A stretch of 64,000 bases of DNA from an uncultured Armatimonadia bacterium (GTDB taxonomy: Bacteria > Armatimonadota > Zipacnadia > CAVVLO01). The notes beneath the pieces are model-generated. The model was not told the origin of the DNA. It saw only the letters and a list, made by a program, of their open reading frames with translations, and did no database searches. Position 1 is the stretch's first letter. Each line of letters starts with the position of its first letter. The translations under genes were made by a program, and so were the position numbers. The stretch lies in contig CAVVLO010000001.1 of NCBI GenBank assembly GCA_963749155.1, positions 288,001-352,000 on the forward strand, written 5' to 3'. This document shows, piece after piece, positions 57,962 to 64,000 of the stretch.

Positions 57962-58907
57962 ATGGCTTCGCGCCACAAACTTCTCTTGAGATCCGCTCTC
58001 GCTGCCCTCGCTGTCTTTCTGATACTCAGTCTCTTGCTCGCCGGTTGCGGCGGCGGAGGCTCTTCTCCCGACCTGGTTAGTCAGATCGCCTTCGCAAGCG
58101 CCCGCGACGGCAACTATGAAATTTACGTGATGGACGCGGATGGGAGCAACCAGACCAACCTGACGAACAACGCCGCTTGGGACATATAGCCCCAGCTGGT
58201 CACCTGACGGCAGCCAGATCGCCTTCGCAAGCGAACGCGACGGCAACGAAGAAATCTATGTGATGGATGCGGATGGGAGCAACCAGACCAACCTGACGAA
58301 CAACGACTATCAGGACGACATACCCCATGCTGGTCACCCGATGGCAGCCAGATCGCCTTCCAGCAAGGCGACACGCGACGGCTAATCTACGAGCGAATCT
58401 ACGTGATGGACGCGGATGGTAGCAACCAGACTCGCCTGACGAACAACGCCGACTCTGACGACTACTGGCCCAGTTGGTCGCCCGACGGCAGCCAGATCGC
58501 CTTCGTAAGCACGCGCGACGGCAACTAGTGAGATCTACGTGATGGACGCTGATGGGGCGCAACCAGACGCGCCTGACGAACAACGCCGCTTACTGACGAA
58601 TCACCCCAGCTGGTCACCAGACGGCAGCCAGATCGCCTTCACCAGCGAACGCGACGGCAACTATGAGAGCTCTACGTGATGGACTCCAATGGCAGACCAA
58701 TATCCAACGACTCACCGAACAACGCTGCTGAATGATGACATGCCCCAGCTGGTCGCCAGATGGCAGCCAGCTCGCCTTTCACAGCGACCGCGACGGCAAC
58801 TATGAGGTTTATGTGATGGACGTCGGATGGCAGCAACCAGCTCAATCTGACTAACAACGCCGCTGACGACGGAGACCCCAGCTTGGGGACCGATGCCCGC
58901 CCTCTGA
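57962..58907 (+). pseudogene. TolB-like (PD40) six-bladed propeller lipoprotein, copy 1; multiply frameshifted (pseudogene or assembly artefact)
   Basis: Lipobox LAGCGGGG; six near-identical ~132-145 nt blades encoding [33 protein letters not shown], with many indels. Confidence 0.8.
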
Positions 58908-59054
58908 TATCTGCACCTTGAGGGGGGCGGGCGCCGCTCGCCCCTTTCATTTGACGATAAAAACCACTTTTTCGCCAGGCAGGAGATTTTTTGCTGGAGA
59001 GCGAAATCCAACTGCAGACCAACTTGCCTCGCAAATACTAATGAGGTGATGCAG

Positions 59055-59972
59055 ATGGCTTCAATCTCCAAGCGCCCCGGTTTACTCGTTCTCGGTTTCC
59101 TTGCTGTGTTTCTTCTACTAGGCCTTTGCCTTGCCGGTTGCGGTGGAGGCAGTTCGTCTCCTGACTTGCTAAGCATGATTGCCTTCTCGAGTACCCGCGA
59201 TGCCAACTTGGAGTTATACATAATGGATTCTGATGGAACTGGTCAGACCCGCTTAACCAGCAACGCTGATCCTGATTACGAACCGAGTTGGTCGCCAGAT
59301 GGCACTCGCCTCGCCTTCAGAACCTACCGAAATAGTAATGATGAGATCTATGCGATAGACTCCGATGGGGCCAACGAGGTCAACTTGACCAACAATTCAG
59401 CCTCCGATATTGGACCCAGCTGGTCGCCCGACGGAACGATGATTGCCTTCGTAAGCAACCGTGATGGTAACTGGGAGCTCTATGTAATGGAGGCCGATGG
59501 AAACAATCCGACACGCTTGACTGACAACGCGGTTGGTGATTTGGCGCCCACCTGGTCACCTGATGGCGAGTGGATCGCCTTCGTGAGTGAACGTGATGGT
59601 AACTGGGAGCTCTATGTGATGCAGGCTAATGGGGCTAACCAGGCGCGTCTGACCAACAATACTGTCGAAGATAACTATCCCAATTGGTCCCCTGACGGCA
59701 ACAAGCTAGCTTTTATGAGTGAGCGTGATGGCAATTGGGAGATCTACTCGATGGATGCAAGTGGGCTCAATCCTGCGCGCCTGACCAACAACGCAGCATC
59801 TGACTCACGACCATGTTGGTCGCCCGACTGCAGCCAGATTGCCTTCGTCAGTAATCGCGACAGTAACTGGGAGATCTATGTGATGGATGCCGACGGGAGC
59901 AACCAGACCAACCTGACCAACAACGGATCCTCCGACAGCCACCCCACCTGGGGACTGGTTCCAGCCCTCTGA
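59055..59972 (+). CDS. TolB-like (PD40) beta-propeller lipoprotein, copy 2
   Basis: GAGGTG RBS; lipobox LAGC; six 44-aa blades P.WSPDG..IAF.S.RDGNWE.Y.M. Confidence 0.93.
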   Translation: MASISKRPGLLVLGFLAVFLLLGLCLAGCGGGSSSPDLLSMIAFSSTRDANLELYIMDSDGTGQTRLTSNADPDYEPSWSPDGTRLAFRTYRNSNDEIYAIDSDGANEVNLTNNSASDIGPSWSPDGTMIAFVSNRDGNWELYVMEADGNNPTRLTDNAVGDLAPTWSPDGEWIAFVSERDGNWELYVMQANGANQARLTNNTVEDNYPNWSPDGNKLAFMSERDGNWEIYSMDASGLNPARLTNNAASDSRPCWSPDCSQIAFVSNRDSNWEIYVMDADGSNQTNLTNNGSSDSHPTWGLVPAL

Positions 59973-60121
59973 TATCTGCACCTTGAGGGGGGCGGGCGCC
60001 GCTCGCCCCCTTACAGTTGACGATAAAAACCACTTTTTCGCCAGGCAGGAGATTTTTTGCTGGAAAGCGAAATCCAACTGCAGACTCTACTTGCCTCGCA
60101 AATACTAATGAGGTGATGCAG

Positions 60122-61030
60122 ATGGCTTCAATCTCCAAGCGCCCCGGTTTACTCGTTCTCGGCTTCCTTGCTGTGTTTCTTCTACTAGGCCTTTGCCTTG
60201 CCGGTTGCGGTGGAGGCAGTTCGTCTCCCGACTTGCTCAGTATGATTGCCTTCACCAGTAATCGCGGAGGTTATAGCATCTACGTGATGACTAGTGATGG
60301 CACTAATCCAGATCAACTGACCGGCGATCTTGCTGCAGAGAATTACCCCAGCTGGTCGCCTGACGGCAGCAGGCTTGCTTTCAGCTGCAACCTCCCTGGG
60401 AACGATGAAATTTACCTTATGAACGTCGATGAGACCAATCTGACACGCATCACAGATAACGCTCTGACCGACACAGAACCTGCCTGGTCACCTGATGGAA
60501 CTAAAATTGCCTTCCGGCGATACCAGGATGGCAATAACGATATCTATGTGATGGATATCAATGGGTCGAACGAGACACGCCTTACCGACAATCCGGCACA
60601 GGACACTTCTCCCTGTTGGTCGGCCGATGGTAGCAAAATTGCCTTTATGAGCGAGCGCGATGTCAACCGTAATATCTATGTGATGGACGCTGATGGATCG
60701 AACGAGACCCGGCTTACAGATAGCAGCTTTGAGGATATCTCGCCAGCCTGGTCTCCCGACGGCGCCCAGATTGCTTTCTCAAGCAATCGCGACGGCAACT
60801 ACGAGATCTATGTTATGGATGCCAATGGCACCAATATTCAGCGAATTACCAACAATGCGGCCGAAGACAACCTGCCCAGTTGGTCACCCGATGGTAGTCA
60901 ATTGTGCTTTGTGACTTTCCGCGATAGCAACTGGGAGGTATACTCGATGGACGTGGATGGCTCCAATCAGGTGAACCTAACTAATAGCGCCACCTACGAC
61001 GGAGAACCAGCCTGGAGTCCAGCCCTCTGA
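60122..61030 (+). CDS. TolB-like (PD40) beta-propeller lipoprotein, copy 3
   Basis: First 44 aa identical to copy 2, then six diverged blades; ends PAL*. Confidence 0.93.
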   Translation: MASISKRPGLLVLGFLAVFLLLGLCLAGCGGGSSSPDLLSMIAFTSNRGGYSIYVMTSDGTNPDQLTGDLAAENYPSWSPDGSRLAFSCNLPGNDEIYLMNVDETNLTRITDNALTDTEPAWSPDGTKIAFRRYQDGNNDIYVMDINGSNETRLTDNPAQDTSPCWSADGSKIAFMSERDVNRNIYVMDADGSNETRLTDSSFEDISPAWSPDGAQIAFSSNRDGNYEIYVMDANGTNIQRITNNAAEDNLPSWSPDGSQLCFVTFRDSNWEVYSMDVDGSNQVNLTNSATYDGEPAWSPAL

Positions 61031-61143
61031 TATCTGCACCTTGAGGGGGGCGGGCGCCGCTCGCCCCCTCTTCTCCTCCTCGCAGGAAGCCGCCTTGCTT
61101 TGCTGAATCCTTTCGGCAGTAAGTCTTGCGGGAGGCGACCCCT

Positions 61144-63430
61144 GTGCGCATCTCACTAACGATTCTGATAATCATCTCATCTTCAATCCTGGCCTTCACT
61201 CCTGCTTTCGCCCAGGAGGGCCCCGCCGACTGGCAAGAGGGCTATCAGCGCCTCTCGGCGCTCGGTTCGGGTTTCCTGGTCTGGGAATCGAGCCGGTCAG
61301 GTGACTGGCGAATCTGGCGGATGGAACTCGACGGTACAGGCCTCCGCCAGCTCTCCCCGGATGAGCCTGGTCGCGACCACTATTGCCCCCACCTCTCGCC
61401 CGACGGCACCAGGCTGGTGTATCAGAGCTTCCCCAAGGACCTCAACACTTACGGCGAATATAAGACTGGCGAGCAGATCCCCCTCCACCTGCTGAGTAGC
61501 GATGGCAAGTGGGATCGCATCCTTGCGGAGGACTCCCGCGCGTATGGAGAAGACCGGTGCGCTGTCTGGCTGGACGACGTGAATCTCATCTACCTCGATG
61601 GCACCCGGGTCACTCGCCGCCTCAATGTCGAGACCGGCGAGTGCGTCGAACTCGCCCGCTACTCAGCCGATAACGCCTCTCTTCTCCGCACCGCCGGCTG
61701 GCTCATCAATCCCACCCTCACCTGGGCGACGACCGGTTCGCCCTGTTTTGCGCCGTATGATGCCCTGACCGGTCAGGTCACGCCTCGCCAGTGGCAGGCC
61801 GGTTGCCAGCCTTACCTGACTCGCGATGGGAAGTGGGGCTTCTGGATGCACAAGGCCGGCGGGCCAGTGGGGAAGCTAAGCCTGGTGGACGGGGAGATTG
61901 GGGAGATTATTGGAGAGAGCGACGCTCGACTGCCCGCCGACCGCCGCTATGTGTTCTTCCCGATGATCTCTGCGGATATGAGGCTCTTCGCCTTCGCCGC
62001 CTCGAAGGGGCAGTATGATCATTTTTACACCGACTATGAGGTGTTTGTCGCGCAGCTCAATCCCGAGACGCTGGAGCTCGTGGGCGACCCGGTGCGGTAC
62101 ACCTTCGATCCAGGCTGTGACCGCTTTCCCGATGTGCATCTCGAGGCGCCGGAGCCGGACACTCGCTCCGATCTGACCGCACCCGAGGTCCGTCGCGCGT
62201 GGGCACAGGACGACCACACCCTCATCGTCACCTTCAGTGAACCCGTCTACACCGGCAAGCTGAAGGTCAGCCTGAAACCCAGCCTCGGCCTCGCCTCAGT
62301 CGAGCTGACAGGCGAGGCGATGCGCCTGGTGCTGAAGCTGAAGCAGCAACTTACCGGTCCGGTGAAGTTAACTCTCGACAAGGTGACCGACCTCGCTCAG
62401 CGCCCAAACAAGCTCGCGAAGACCACTCTCGAGGTTGCTCCTGTGGTCTGGCCGACGTCTGCCGAGGGTCTGGTCTATCTCTTCGAGACAGGTGCTACCC
62501 CTAATCTGGTCACCGATGAAGCCACGGGGCAGCAAGTCTCCTATCCTCTGAAGCCCAGCGGCCTGGCGCGACTCGATCACAACTGGTGGCTGCTCTGCAC
62601 GAGAGGCGCCTGGCAGGTTGAGGGTGTTGGAGAACGGCTGGTCGAAGCCTGCAAGGCCAGCAATCAGCTGACTCTCGAAGCCGTGCTGACGCCGGAGAAT
62701 GCCACCCAGGGTGGCCCAGCGCCCATCATCACTCTGGCGGGGGAGGACGGGAAGCCAGTTTTCACGCTCGGGCAGGAAGGCGACTCGCTTGGGCTGCGCT
62801 TGCGCACCGAGGGAGGAGCCCGGCCCCGCTGTACCCTTTGCAAAGCTGAGCGCCGGGGGCCTTGCCCATGTGGTCATCACCTATCAACCAGGGCGACTTG
62901 CAGCTTTCGTTAACGGCGCCAGGGTTCTGGACGTAGACGACCTTGAGGGCGGCTTTGCGGACTGGACACCAGCCGACTTGAAGTTTGGCGGTGGCTGGAT
63001 GGGCGCCGCGAGCCACCTGGCCCTCTACTCGCGCGCCTTGTCCGATGAGGAGGCCCTGCGAGAGAGCAGCTATCTGCCGCCCAAAGCCGAGGTGGCCGCT
63101 TCCACCGTGCGCGTAAGACTGCTTGGCCGCGCCGAGATGCCGACCCTTCAGACCATCCTGCCCTACCGCGTTGCGCTAGTGGAGGGCGACTTCGAAGTTG
63201 TGGAGACCCTTTCCGGTCCGCCTCTTTCCGGTAAACTGCGCATCGCCCAGTGGGCTCTGCTTGATGGCATCCAGCTTGCGCCGATGCCGGTCGCCCCTGG
63301 CGAGCTCGCTGTCCTCACCCTGGAGCCCTTCGAGGCCAATCCGCAACTCGAAAGTGTGTTCCAGGCGGACAGGCTTGAAGGCGATTGGGATCTACCGCAG
63401 TATTATGATGTGAATCCAAACCAGCTATAA
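61144..63430 (+). CDS. Secreted protein with TolB-like propeller, Ig-like and LamG domains; frameshift near 62830
   Basis: GGGAGG then GTG; signal peptide; WESSRSGDWRIW..PHLSPDG; LIVTFSEPV; LTLEAVL..HVVITY...AFVNG..LALYSRALS in ORF 62699-63430. Confidence 0.75.
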
Positions 63431-63446
63431 GTGAGGGGTCTTCCCT

Positions 63447-64000
63447 ATGCCAGCGCGACCGAAACTCGCTTTCTGCCCCATCGGCAAGTTCGTCTTCAGC
63501 CACGAAGATGCTCTGCGTTACAAGCGCTTGCTTGAAGCAAAGCTTGGCGCCTGGGACGTGGACTTCGTCGGGCTGGACGGCGTCATCCCCGATGGGCTGA
63601 TCCGCTCTCACGACCATGTAGAAGCCGCCGTGCGCCACTTCGCCGGGCAGGGGGTGGATGCGCTCTTCCTGCCCCACTGCAATTTCGGCACCGAGGGCGC
63701 CGCTGCCCTCATCGCGCGAGATTTGGGCGTGCCCACGCTGCTCTGGGGCCCTCGCGATGAAGCTCCCCTGGCCGACGGCACGCGCCTGCGCGACAGCCTG
63801 TGCGGGCTGTTCGCCACCAGCAAGGTGCTGGGCAAGCTGGGGGTGCCTTTCTCCTATATCGAGAACTGCCGCCTGGAGGAGCCTGCCTTCGAAGAGGGCT
63901 TCAAACGCTTTATGGCCGCCGCCAACGTCGTGAAGCGCTTCAGGCGGATGCGAATCGGTCAGGTCGGCCAGCGGATAGACTTCTTCTGGACCACCATCGT
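63447..64000 (+). CDS. L-fucose/L-arabinose isomerase family protein, truncated at the window edge
   Basis: Manual translation: MPARPKLAFCPIGKFVFSHEDA...VDALFLPHCNFGTE...LLWGPRDEAP..GTRLRDSLCGLFATSKVL...RIGQVGQRIDFFWT. Absent from the ORF track. Confidence 0.88.
   Translation, partial: MPARPKLAFCPIGKFVFSHEDALRYKRLLEAKLGAWDVDFVGLDGVIPDGLIRSHDHVEAAVRHFAGQGVDALFLPHCNFGTEGAAALIARDLGVPTLLWGPRDEAPLADGTRLRDSLCGLFATSKVLGKLGVPFSYIENCRLEEPAFEEGFKRFMAAANVVKRFRRMRIGQVGQRIDFFWTTI

Larger units (their letters stand above)
57823..61070 (+). repeat. Tandem array of three ~1.06-1.10 kb cassettes plus a fourth terminal hairpin
   Basis: Hairpin gaggggggcgggcgccgctcgcccc at about 57823, 58920, 59985 and 61044; 58902-59186 is nearly identical to 59967-60253; 57823-58090 is a more diverged copy. 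Confidence 0.95.

Noticed and set aside
58080..58900. CRISPR array
   Set aside because: The ~132-145 nt units are coding propeller blades similar along their whole length; there are no unique spacers and no cas genes.
57962..61030. Diversity-generating retroelement, with the AAC-rich copy 1 as template repeat
   Set aside because: Differences between copy 1 and copies 2 and 3 are not restricted to adenines (many C/T wobble changes), and there is no reverse transcriptase in the window.
59055..61030. Assignment as tolB of the Tol-Pal system
   Set aside because: No TolB N-terminal domain and no tolQ/R/A or pal nearby; these are propeller-only lipoproteins.
57823..61070. Integron cassette array with attC sites
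   Set aside because: No clear RYYYAAC...GTTRRRY-bounded attC and no integrase; the units carry their own promoter motif and are paralogs.

Overview
GC-rich bacterial chromosomal segment, densely coding and dominated by carbohydrate catabolism. It holds about 17 predicted glycoside hydrolases or GH-like proteins: three GH127/146 cysteine glycosidases, a clan GH-A enzyme, GH151-like, GH38, GH36, GH42, GH51, GH2, GH99-like, two GH141-like beta-helices, GH123-like and DUF4185-like proteins, plus a truncated fucose/arabinose isomerase. Redox and stress genes are interspersed (rubrerythrin-like, TspO, WrbA, thioredoxin-NHL). The window also has an orphan glycyl-radical enzyme, a non-pyrrolysine MttB-family methyltransferase inside a glycan operon, a membrane-anchored TIR protein and a prokaryotic RING protein. 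Structure not captured by the ORF track: (1) a ~1.07 kb tandem array of TolB-like beta-propeller lipoprotein cassettes with near-identical flanks and divergent cores; (2) a REP doublet with compensatory changes next to a short RAYT-like relic; (3) a GCAGGA-N15/16-GCGAA sigmaH-like promoter motif upstream of about ten genes; (4) a 50-aa small ORF with its own promoter and RBS. About 14 isolated frameshifts split otherwise intact genes and are most likely long-read consensus errors. I saw no rRNA, tRNA, CRISPR array, reverse transcriptase, integrase or intact transposase. All family calls come from recognising motifs by eye, not from database searches. The lineage may be Armatimonadota-like, but that is an untested inference.
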